Origin: Heptranchias perlo | Lineage: Eukaryota | NCBI RefSeq assembly: GCF_035084215.1 | Contig: NC_090341.1 | Location: 15,686,001-15,750,000 of the forward strand | Direction of reading: 5' to 3' | DNA length: 64,000 nucleotides | Shown here: positions 25,383 to 38,100 of the stretch, in pieces | How positions within the stretch are numbered: position 1 is the first letter of the stretch | How the letters are laid out: every line of letters begins with the position of its first letter | Made by a program: the position numbers and the translations under genes | Notes under the pieces: generated by a model | Databases searched by the model: none | The model's input: the letters and a program-made list of their open reading frames with translations, nothing else | Told to the model about the DNA's origin: nothing

Positions 25383-26189
25383 ATAAATGTTAAGATTCCT
25401 TTGCTCTGAATCTGGCTCTGTTTGATGCTGATGTAGCCATCCCAAAAATGTTTCATTTCCAGCTCTTACATACTTCACCTTGAACACAATTACAGAGAGG
25501 TGATATAGAATACCAAATAATACAGGATGTTTATCTTGCAGTGGCTTAATTCCTTTAATGCATAAAATCACTAAATATGATTATTCTAAAAGAAATGAAT
25601 TCCTTTATTTTTTAAAAATTCCCCCTCCTACACACACATTTCCCTTGCCTGTTACAGCCATGGTTTAGAATCCCTGTTGTAACTTTAAAATCTCTTCTAC
25701 TTAAAGCAATAAGAATTGCAACTTTAACCTGCTGTTCCCTTGTTCAAATTTCCTACAGCAATAAGAGCCAGATTTTAAAGTGAAAGTTTAAATACCATCC
25801 ACAAATATGTCATTTTTACTTATCAGAACCAGTGGTCTCAATTACAATTTTATTACTCCTGGTAATCCAATTTATTTCTAAAATTACAATTCCATAACTG
25901 GGCCCAAACTTTTGAGTATGTACATTTTTAATATGTCTGTGATGGAAGATTGTTCAGCTGCTTTCCAGTTCTTCCATCTCATTTGTATTATTAAATTAAT
26001 AAAGAATAAGCAACACAGCTTGGCAAAGTTATTTAATGTCTCATATCCCATATATTTTACAAGTTATATTACAATTTGCTTTCATTACTTTCTAACATCT
26101 GTTTATGGAAACGATTGCATTTAAATGTAAAGCAATTTTGTGCAGTCCAAATCTTGCATTACAACAGCCACAGACAAACACTAGCCACC

Positions 26190-29100
26190 CTACGATGAAC
26201 TGAGTGGCACTGTTGATAGATCCTCAACATAATCAGTGTTGAAGTCATACGCATCCTCCATTGGGCTTTCACATGTAAGATCTATACTGATATGTTTTTG
26301 GCTAGGGATAGCCATTTTCTCTGAAACACAAAAAACAATTACTATTAAAATTAAAATGTAATAGTCTTTTATTATGCAACTTTGAGAATAATGTGGTAGA
26401 CATCTGACTAAAAGTTTTGTTCACCATACTAATACAACTAAGTCAACCTTAGGTGTGTGAACATATCTTGGACCTAAGGAAAATATACAACAGGGTTAAC
26501 CCCCACAAAATGATATGAAAACCAATAAATATAATGGCATTTTTAAATGATTTGCATCTTTTGGATCATAATAGATGTATTTGTTAGTTTACACTATTCC
26601 TCCAACTTCATTGTCCCTCAAGAGTACAATTCCTATTTCAACATTAAATTTGAAATTGCAATTGCAGAAGTGGAACAAAAGCACTTGTACTGTATACAAT
26701 AATCACAGCTTAGACAAGAAAACTAAAAGTTAAAGATCAGCATTTAACAAGCATTGTAATTACCAACCTGATTCTGGTTGCCTTTTCTTGGAGGGTACTT
26801 CCATTTGCCCTTTGGCTACAGGGCATCTGTCTGCTTTTAACTTTTCATTTGTATCCTGATCTATTTCAGCAGATTCTGCCTAGGAGGAGATAGGTATTGT
26901 TTAGAAACAATTTAAAAAGTCAATCTCTGATAATCAACAGTTTCTCTCATCTTCTAATCTACCCCATCCATATTGCCACCATTGTTAGAAGGATGGGTAG
27001 ATATCGATCGTGAAGCACTCCCCTTAAAAGTATCATGAGGCATTTACAGAACAACTGCCAAAAAGTAGCACCACACACTAGGGGGACATATATTTGATCA
27101 CCTCAGTACTGAGTTCCTAATTTTAGCAATGCTGAGGTGGCAGAGTATACAATTCTGCATTTTCACCAGCTATTCTTGCATGTCATTGCTGTCATTAAAT
27201 TTAGTGCGGTGGATGGTTGTAGTAAGTTTGTTAATCTTTTCCTTAAGTTTTGTGTACATATTTTTGGTAGAAGTACTCGTGCCAAATATTGAAGACACAT
27301 TTTCTGCACGCAAAAGGCTAGCGGTGTTTTTACTGTTAAAAAGAGCTTCCCTTTGGAAATTAAGCAGGCACACCCATCAATAAAATATCTGTTATATTAG
27401 CAGACCCTGCTCTGCCAGTCCATTTTTATAATGGCAACAGCCTTCTGCAATCTCAGCAATTTAATGACCTGGTAAAGAAAGATCTGCACCTTTTCCTCCA
27501 AGCTCTTCAATTTTCCACATGGAGTTTGGTCTACATTAGCTGTTGTTGAACAACAGCATTTCACTACGTCCTAAGTGTTCTTCAAGTTGGTTTAATGAAC
27601 TTTGTTCCATTAATATCAAATCATGATCCAGTGTTCTGTGCAACATTATGATTCCTGTCCTGCTAGGACCACTGAAATGTAAGTTGTGGGTGAAATGGAG
27701 TCAGTCTTGAAGGTGGTAGATTGTTAAATTGGTTTTCCTAAATATGTGTTAAATTACTTTCAAGAGTCAGGAATAAAGGTTGAGTTCTATCTCTGGTTCT
27801 TCATCTCACTCAGTTGGTCAAATAAAATTGGGTAGTGACTGCTTTATCTGTGTAATGTCAGAATAAACAGGCTTGATGAACTGAATGTATGTGGAATAGG
27901 AAACAGCCATTCTTTCAATGTGCTCAAATGATGAGACTGGAGCTAATGACATACAATTAAACTGCAAGACTTAAAAAATAATTTCTAAACCTAATCAGAG
28001 TTTCAAGCAGTTGAATTATATTGTTTTACTTTACAGCCAAAATACTTAAAAAGTTCATAGTAACTGCAAAACTTATTTACAAAATCCCAGAAGGATATTA
28101 AAGATAGAACCATAGAAAAGATACAGCACAGAAGGAGGTCATTCGGCCCATCGTGTACGCGCCGGTTTGAAGAACAACCAGGTGCCCATTCTAATCCCAC
28201 TTTCCAATACCCGGTCCATAGCCCTGCAGCTTACAGCACTTTAGGTGCAGGTCCAGGTACTTTTTAAAAGAGTTGAGGGTCCCTGCCTCTACCACCAATT
28301 CAGGCAGCAAATTCCATACACCCACCACCCTATGGGTAAAGAAGTTTTTCCTCATGTCCCCTCTAATCCTTCCGCCAATCAGCTTAAATCTATATCCTCT
28401 AATTCTTGAACTCTCCGCTAGGGGAAACAGGTACTTCCTGTCTACTCTATCTAGGCCCCTCATAATTTTGTACACCTCAATCAAGTCACCCCTCAGCCTC
28501 CTCTGCTCCAAGGAAAACAACCCCAGCCTATCCAATCTCTCCTCGTAGCTGCAATTTTCAAGCTCTGGCAACATTCTTGTAAATCTTCTCTGCACAATCT
28601 CTACAGCAATTACATCTTTCCTGTAATGTGGTGACCAGAACTGCGCACAATATTCCAGCTGCGGCCATACCAGCGTTTTATACAGTTCCATCATTACATC
28701 CCTGCTTTTGTATTCTGTACCTTGGCTAATAACGGAGAGCATTCCGTACGCCTTCTTCACAAGCTTATCTACCTGTACTGCCACCTTCAGGGACCTGTGC
28801 ACATGCACTCCAAGATCTCTCACTTCCTCTACCCCTCTCAATACATTCCCGTTTACTACGTATTCCGTTTGCCCTCCCTAAGTGCATTACCTTACACTTC
28901 TCCGGGTTGAACTCCATTTGCCACTTTTCCGTCCACTCCACCGAACCATTGATATCTTAGTGGAGTCTACAGCTATCCTCTTCACTGTCAACTACACGGC
29001 CAATTTTTGTGTCGTCTGCAAATTTGCCAATCATGCCCCCTACATTCAAGTCCAAATCATTAATATATACTACAAACAGCAAGGGACCCAACACTGAGCC

Positions 29101-32100
29101 CTGTGGCACATCACTGGAAACGGATTTCCATTCGCAAAGATGTTCCCTTTTGTAGCCTTGCATTCAATGTTCCTACCTTTGGTTTTAATTTTCTAACAAA
29201 GGAATAATGTCAAGTTCGGGTTTACAACTTGTAGTGCATGCTAGAGATATTCAAGTAGTAACTTGGTACCATAACCATTTTTATCACAACTGTACTTTTA
29301 GATAAGTATTTCATAGAGAAGTCTCACTGGTTTGTGTAATTTTATATTTCCAAAAGGCCAAAATGTTATATAATGGATACACTAGAAATAGCAGTCAGGT
29401 TACCTCTGAATTTTCTTGGTCCACTGATTTGTCATCATCCTTTTCCTCCTCATCCATTTCCTGATCCTGCATTTCCTCTACCATATTGCCCTCTTCAATT
29501 AGTCCAGTGGTTGGTCCTGTAGATTGGAATTCTATACTACCAGCCATGTTAGGACATCTAACAGCTAGGAGAGGAAACATTAAATATTTAACTTGTCATA
29601 TGTTTGCTCTCCTACACAGGACACAATATACTTTTGCAAGAATTTACAATCTGCCTCAAAATTCTGTACTAATTTAGAATTCAGAAAGCAAACAGTAAAG
29701 TAAGGTGGTCAAGGAAGGGGAGCAAAGCACAAATTCACAACACACGGTAACCAGTTCCCTTTTATGACCCCAATGTTTTGTAAATAAGTGCACCATTGGT
29801 AGAACACCACAGATTAAGATAGCCAAATATTCCTTTTAAAATAACTGAAAAATTTTCAGCCAAATTAATAAGTCTTTTAAAACAAGCATTATTTCTTTAA
29901 AAAGAAAAAGAAAAGCATTTCATCACAATAAAACTCCACAAACAAATCTGGTCAGTTCCAACTGCCAGGAAAACTAAACTTTGGGGTTTGCCAGCAGAGA
30001 GGAAACAATCTGCCTTTTCTTAGTCCCAGATTGAATACCAAGGGCTGGATTTGTGTGTGATTGTCATTAAATTTATTTAGGGAGATGGGAGTCCTAATTT
30101 TGTATGCAAGGCATGATTTGGGCAAGAATTCCAATCTTAACTGGAAGGGAAGATAATTAGGCCTAGCTGCAGCAATTAAATGGGGCGACGCGGGGGGCGG
30201 GGGGAGAAGAGAAAGAGAGAGATTATATGTTTGAAGGCTAGAAAGCAATGGCAGATGCAGGAGCATCATATATAGAATTACAACGTAGAAACAGTCTGTT
30301 CAGCCACAACAGTCTGTGTTGATGTTTATCCTCTACACGAGCAGTGGTCCTAATCACATGTGCCTGTCCCGTTCCCCCAACTATCTAACCTATTCTTAAA
30401 TGTCAACAAGATCTCTGCTTCAATCACCAACTCCAGTAGTGTATTCCACAGCCTCACAACCCTCTATGTAAATAAGTTTCTCCTGCTCTTTGAAATCCCT
30501 TGCATTTAATCTTTTATCTATGTCCCCTCAATCATTGGAAACTATCTGTTTCTATCTAATCTGTCCCATCCCTCAATAATCATCAAGAGTCTGCAACATC
30601 TCAGGCCCAGTCTTTACAAGATCTATGATTCGGGAGCATAGATCTTGTGCAAGCAGTGGACAGTTTCTTCAGATGTGGTGCAGATGGTAGATAAGTTGGA
30701 GAAGTCCACAACCTGCTTTTGCAATACAATGCAGGAGGTATGGCATGACATGAGAAACAACCTGGTGACTGGCAGTCCAGATCAATGTAGTCATAAGATA
30801 TAAGGAAGAGAACCAGAGTAGTAGCAATGACTGCTTCCATAGATGCCTGAAGAGCACCCTAGCTTTCAGAACTTAGAGGGACTATCTTACCTACTCTCAC
30901 ACAGACCACTAGCCCAACTGAGCCCGTGCCCAGCACTAATGGGCTGCAGGGAATGGGCTCAAATGTCGCTGTTTCTCATGCAGTGAGAATACATCGATAT
31001 CACTGCAGCCCCCTCCAGTGGCAGATGAAGGAGCTTCTAGTTTGGGCCCAGTAAGCATTGTGTGCACATGTGACATGACACTGGAAACAGGTCCTGAAAG
31101 GACAATGGCAATGGCATTAAAGAGATATGCGTTACCTCCATCCTCGAGGCCTTCATCAGTACATTGCCCCATCCCTCAATAAAGCTCACAACCTCCTGAC
31201 ACTGAAGTAAACGGTTAGAGTCACAGTCAAACAGTTTAGGCACAAAGGGTAGTCACAATAAGACATAGCAGTAATTGTAGGGTATAATGATGGGACAAGA
31301 TAGTAGTAAACACCAACAATTTGCATTTATATAGCGCCTTTAACGTAGTAAAACATCCCAAGGCACTTCACAGGAATGATTACCAAACAAAATTTGACAC
31401 CAAGCCACATAAGGAGGTATTAGGACAGGTGACCAAAAGCTTAGTCAAAGAGACAGGTTTTAACGACTGTCTTAAAGGAGGAGAGGTGGAGAGGTTTAAG
31501 GAGGGAATTCCAGAGCTTAGGGCCCAGGCAGCTGAAGGCACAGCCGCCAATAGTGGAGCAAAAAAAATCAGGGATGCATGAGGCCAGAAGTGGAGCAACG
31601 CAGAGTTCTCAGAGGGTTGAAGAGCTGAAGGAGGATACAGAGAGATAGGGAGGGGCGAGACCATGGAGGGATTTGAAAACCAGGATTTTAAAATCGAGGC
31701 GTTCCCGGACCAGGAGCCAATGTAGGTCAGTGAGCATGGGGCTGATGAGTGAACGGGACTTGGTGCGAGTTAGGATGTGAGCAGCAGCGTTTTGGATGAG
31801 CTCAAGTTTAGAGAGGCTGGCCATAGTCGAGTCCAGAGGTAACAAAGTCACGAATGATGATTTCAGCAGCAGATGAGCTGATGCAGGGGCAGAGACGGGC
31901 AATGTTATGGAGGTGGAAGTAGGCGATCTTGGTGAAGATGATATGGGGTCAGCAGCTCAGCTCAGGGTCAAATGGTACATTTCTGGCAGTTCAGTTCGTT
32001 TGTGTTTTCCCTCCCCCAGGTAGGCCTCCTGTCATCCCTTATACAATGATTCACAGTCCCAGAGAGGATATTAGAGTCTTATAGATCTGTTGAATAGCAA

Positions 32101-35100
32101 GGGACCATGTGGGGCTTAATTGGGTCATGCAGAAATGGAAGCCACACTCTTTATAGGAAGAAATTGGTGACAATATCTTGCTTGATGACATGTGCTGCTA
32201 GCAGCAGAGTGCCTGGGCCCACCTTCTCTCACCCACCTTCCCACCCTCCCTCCCCAGGCATCTTGGTCGTGAGGAGGGGATTGGTCTCCAGAACCGTCTT
32301 CCTCTTCATCTTGTGTACTTGGAAGGTCCAACCCTTTTATACTGGCCAAATTATGGCAGCAAGCCACTATAATTCTGGAAACCCTTGATGGACTATACTG
32401 TAGGGTATTCCTGACCTGTCTGGGCATCAGAAATGAGACTTGTAGAGTCACCCCCTTTAACCTGCTTTCAGCCCCTGTTCTCAGATGCTGAAAAGGAATC
32501 AGCCAAGGCTGGTCTCCTGTCACATTGCCCTGGCTGAGCAGTGCAGGTATCCTGGTATTACCTGAGATTAAAGAAATCATGCCAAACCCCAGGCAGCATG
32601 CATTGACATGGATAATGAGGTGCCTGGCATCACTCCCTACTGGACATTCAGGGAATGAAATCCCTTCCTGTTGAAGTTGAGGGGGCTTTCATTGCCATAT
32701 GGGTAGCCTGCACTTGTAGGAATCTAGCCGTTAAGAAGTTGATGGCCCTCATTACGACATTCCAAAGCACGTTACTTTTGAAGTGTAGTCACTGTTGTAA
32801 TGTAGAAAAATGTGGCAGCCAATTTGCACACAGCAAGGTCCCACAAACAGCAATGAGACAATGACCAAATGATTTGTTTTAGTGATGCTGGTTGAGGGAT
32901 AAATACTGGCCAGGACACTGTTGAGAACTCCCCTGTTCTTCTTCGAAATAGTGCCGTGGTACCTTTTACGTCTACCTGAGATGGCAGATGGGGCCTCGGT
33001 TTAACGTCTCATCCGAAAGACGGCACCTCCAACAGTGCATGACTCCCTCAGTACTGCACTGGAGAGTCAGCCCAGATCTTGCGCATAAACCTCTGGAAGT
33101 GGAATGTGAACCCACAACCTTCTAACTCAGAGGCAAGAGTGCTACCCACTGAGTGGGAGGGAAACTGCAGCAGCCAGTGTTAAGTGTGGACTTTCAGGTT
33201 TCAGGAAAACCGGCAGTTTTTTTTTCAAAAAGGAAAATCTAGGCCTAAGTCGCATTTTGCTTTCACACCTCAGTTCTCTTTTTCTTTGCTGCTGTAGTAG
33301 CGCATGCTGTTGCTATGACAACAGAGAGGGGGAAAAATTAATTTAATTTTTCTAGTTAAAATTACACATTAGATCCTTTTATGATGCATTTTAAAACAAA
33401 TTTTGGCTCCAATTCTGCAAAGCAAGAACACATATAGCTCAGAGTGAGAAGATCCTGCATTTCTGTAGCTACTGTGTGAGATTCCAACAGTACCCCAGTA
33501 GTTTTCCTCCCTGCTATGGATGATTGCTAATTTATCTGTACAACGAAGATGAACTATGTTCAAGTAGTTAGGAAATTCATAAAAACGGAAAGCTCAACAT
33601 TCAATTTCAATTATTACACAAATACATGAATTACCTTTAAGTGTATTCACATTGTCTTTGGCTAGTTCTCCAGTATTAAAGCCCCTTTTTGCTTCGTCCA
33701 AAATGTTAGTGGTGATGTATGCAGGTAGCTCGTGTCTCTCTGGTGGATGTGTATGGTAACTTAGCTTAGCCCTTAATAGGAGGAATGGAAAGAAAAATAG
33801 TTATGACAATTTTCTTATATTCCGTACACAGTAATCCTAGGTATCTGTCATTCTACATTTCTTTGGCAAAGTTTTAATAAAAAATGGTTCAATCACTGAC
33901 AAAATTCCCAATTGTTTAGAAACATGTTTGACCATTATATTTGCATTCAATTATTATGCTCACTAGTGTATTAAGGTTCAGAAAGGCAGCTGAATTTTAA
34001 TTACCCAGTCCAATCGTAAAGGATCAGCTTAGCTGCTTTCTCAACATCAGGGATCCCCCCTTTCTTCAACATACTCCTTTTCTGAGCCAGCAACGTTAAA
34101 AATTCCAGTGATGTTCGAAAGTTTGGGACATTATACTGCAACATAACCTGTTGTGGGGAGAAGGTGTGTATATTTCAGCTTAACAGCTAATTTGTACATT
34201 TTAAATATAACAAATGTGTGAAAGTTCCAATTTTTGAGAGCTTGAGCTGAAGATGACAAGCCTTCCAATAACTTTCCCTGCTGTCCTCTTCATAGTGAGT
34301 GTGTCAGAGAATGTTATTACTGCTTGTAGAAATCCCAGCATTACTAAACTGGTCTGTGCTCAGTAAAGGGACATAGCAGGTTCACTGCAGTCAGCCTATG
34401 AGATTAGGTAAGTACAGACCAGGTATAAGCTGTGGGCAATCCCCATGGGTATGGCACACAGCAAGGTGCATTTACCCATTGAGACACCTATGAACTTTTA
34501 CACAAAGTTTGTAATTTCTTCTTCAGGTAGGAAGTGTGGAGGTTGGCATGGCGAGTACATAAGCATTATAGAAAACAGCCCGTAGAAACTCGGAACTTCG
34601 CATTTTACACAGTAAGTATAAACAGAAATGGGTATTTTCTTACAAACAGGCTTAAGAAGCCATAACCGAGTGAGATCAGAGTTGGATCTTTAGCAGTCAC
34701 ACATATACTTTCAGACCATTTCAGTTATCCTCATTTCTCACTTAAAAATATAATTTTGTTTGCCTATTAAAGGACATGAATTTAATTAATTTTGAAAGTT
34801 TGAAAAAATTGTACCAAAGACAACACAGAGGAATAAAGTGGACTCAGTACCTGCTGCTTATTGCAGTGCTTCAGTATAGGTTCCACTACAGCCGTAGGAT
34901 TTTTTAGTGCCTCAATGTCTACAATGTTCCTCAAGGACAAGGCAACAGCTGAATTTGATGGAGAAGCAATAATACTTGGACTGTCCAATACTTTAATCTG
35001 CTTATCAACGTGTACCTCCTGCATGGATCTGTATTCATAAGAGATTGCAGTTATTATAACAGTGCAGAAATCCTTTCTACCATGATAGTCACTAGTTCAA

Positions 35101-38100
35101 TGCCATACAAGAGAAGTTTTATTCAGAGATAATAAAGCAGGCCTTATACCACTGAGTGAAATCAGAGTTGGATCTTTAGCAGTCATGGAACATCAGGCTA
35201 TGCAAGTTGTCCTCATTTTTCACTCATACTACTTCCCTGACCTAAATGAACTTATCCATTAGTTAAATTTACAGTGTTTGAAGTTCAGGAAACAACTTAA
35301 CTAATAGCTAGTATGCACATCAGTTTATTTTTTGCTATTATAATTATATTGAAGTATCAGTATTTTAAGTGAATTGGTTACTGGGGTATATGTTAAAGCA
35401 ACCAAATAAATTAAAGCAGGATAGGTTTGAAGAGGACTACTTTGATTTTACTGTAACCCCTCCCTGTTCAGTGGCCAGGGATTAATTCATAGGATTTCCT
35501 GTAGCACCACTTCCTAACATTCCTGCAACAAAGTCACTGAAATTAAATGCATCTCTCACATGGATTATATTGATGCAAGGAGCACTTTTTGTTAAAAGTA
35601 CTCTCAACCAAAAGCTATCCTCCTCCTTTAAGGATAATACAAAGGAAAGTCCAATAAAAGTTAGTGTGCAAGTTAATGATTGACAATGTACTTCATTAGC
35701 TACTCTGTTATATAAACATGCAAATGTCCTAACTGCAGCTGTCTTACTTTGTGAGACCTCTTACTTGTCCCACGTTGCAAGCTCTCATTTTCTTCAAGCT
35801 GTTAATTATACTGCTTTTCCCTACATTTGGAAAGCCTGAAAAAGGAGAGATTGTTAGTTTACAAAAAACAAAGACAAAATATATGCTTCTAACCAGTATC
35901 AGATGAGATCAGAGTTGAATTATTTGAGTCTGCAGTTTTAGATTCAGTCTGCAGTGGGTCATCACATCCTCACCCAATTTTAAAAACTGCAGCGTACTTA
36001 GGGAAGGTTCGTTACTTTCACCACACCAACTTCTTTTGTAAAATATAAAAACCTACAAGGACAATTTGGTTTTACTAGCATGCTTAGCAGATTACATGAA
36101 TCAATTGGCATATTTTTAATTTTAATTGGATAGGCGAGGGGTGCAAAAGAATATTTTGCAACATGGGTTACTTGTAATTTTGCGAACCTGAATGCAATGG
36201 CATTAGTAAAATACTACATTGGGCCATTTTGAGGGTTTCCCTGTGAAAGTTTCAAATTCACGATTAGGTTACCATTTAATTTATAAGCAGACACGTAAAG
36301 ACAGCACTCACCTACTACACCAACTTTAATGCTTTTTACATCCTGTTTTCTGCAGTAGCTGCCAAGTAGTTTTAAAAGACTGTCACCACCAGCACAGGTA
36401 TTGCTATGTGATATCTCTACACTAGTGTTCCGTTTAGAGTTTTTTTTCTGTTCCTGTTCAAAAAAGAATTAAAAGCTATTAATAAAAATTTAAATTAGAA
36501 AATAGATCTAAAATTGATAAACCAAGTTTCTAATTATGCTGTTATTAATTACTCTTAATGTTCACTGTTTTCATACATTATTAAGCATGAGTCAGTGGCC
36601 CAACACATTAGTATGCTACTGCATTTTGCCAGGAAATGGTAGGACATGAACTGTTCCTCTATAATACCCACATGTTAAATTCCTAATCTCAGCTGGTATC
36701 TCTAGATGACCCAGGGTGCAAGTAAAGCATTTCTCCATGATGATGGTGGGACCCACAATAGTGGGAATTGGAGAAAAAGTTAGCAACACTGTTATTGTGC
36801 ACCCATTGCAGCTAGCTAAAAGGCAGCACTAGTAGCGGGTATCTAATGAACTGTGTCTTGGATTAGTATATGACACGAGAACCTACATAAAATCAGAATA
36901 AAGAAAACAAAATGTATGGGGATGCAGAAGAGGAAATACAAAATGCAATTCGGTCACAAATTCCACACAGCTACGCAATTACTTTTAAGATATTTTGCCT
37001 TCTACAACTTTAGAACACTCTTGCTGCAATATGGTTCTGGATTATCCTGCAATGAACTTTATGTAGAAGCAATGTTTTGTCAATACTGAATTTACTAAAA
37101 ATACTAAGTCTCACAATTGCTTAAAAAAGAACACCCTTGTCTAAAGAAAACTTTTTTAAAAATCAACTGCGTGAAATCAGAGTTGGATCTTACTCTTCAC
37201 AAACATCAGAGTTAAAACAACTTCATCAGGTTTCAAGGCAGTTAGTTAAGACAAGACATTTGATTGGGTTGGATCTCTTCTGGGAAACATACCATTGTTC
37301 TGTCTTGCAGTTGTGTTGATGATTTGAAAACTACAATTGGAAATTCATTTCCCAAGTATTTCAGCCATTTCTCTGCATTCTCCTTTGGCACCAAATCTAA
37401 ACAGTAAAGAACAGTGATTCCTGCTTCATAAAAGGCAAAATTCTAAATACATGTCCCCCTGGTACCCCCAAATTCTATTAAATGTTTGGTTTAATATTTT
37501 TGTTATAAAACTGTACTGCAGTTAAATTGTCCACTTACCAATCTTGTTCAATACAAGGACTAGTTGTTTCTTTCCCTCAGATTGCAAGACTGCCTGCTCC
37601 ACCTGAGGACATCTATAACCAAGAGGGTCTCTGGCATCCACCACTTCTAGAACCACATCTGAGGCATCAATCACCTAACAAAGAATAGGAAACAATCCGA
37701 ATACCAACACCTCAACTATGCAACTAATATGCACTAGTTCCCTCACGTTTCAAGATCAGTTTTGTTAATGTTCTTTCTACAATTCACTTAACAATAACAG
37801 GAAGCAATTAGAACTGACAATACTAGGTGACAGAGGATTTAAAGATTAACTACATAGTAATTGGGAGGCCTCACAGGGATAACAGTGAGTTTCTTAAAAT
37901 TGAGTTTTTCCCCAACGGACTAAAAAAAACATTTTCGACAACTCAAACGGTTTTCCTGTGGTAACCACAATTTACAGCAGTGTTAACACTGCATCTTCTG
38001 ATGTTGAAATTTTTGAAATCATCTTGTTTATTCCATTTCCTTTTCATTTATAACACAGTCATGAACAAGTGCTGAATCTGATTGTCCCCCTAGTCAATTT

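Noticed and set aside
26900-27970. About 1 kb of coding-looking sequence in a GNL3 intron (possible extra exon or pseudogene)
   Set aside because: The frames I read contain multiple stops, I recognise no domain, and the GNL3 exons join in phase without it. A tblastx or HMM search would be needed.
30600-31245. Possible decayed non-CR1 LINE 3' region
   Set aside because: Only vague Cys/His hints; not classifiable by eye.
34669-37243. Recurring TCAGAGTTGGATCTT motif as a CRISPR-like or dispersed repeat
   Set aside because: Explained by SNORD19 guide plus D boxes in a eukaryotic host gene; no regular spacing.
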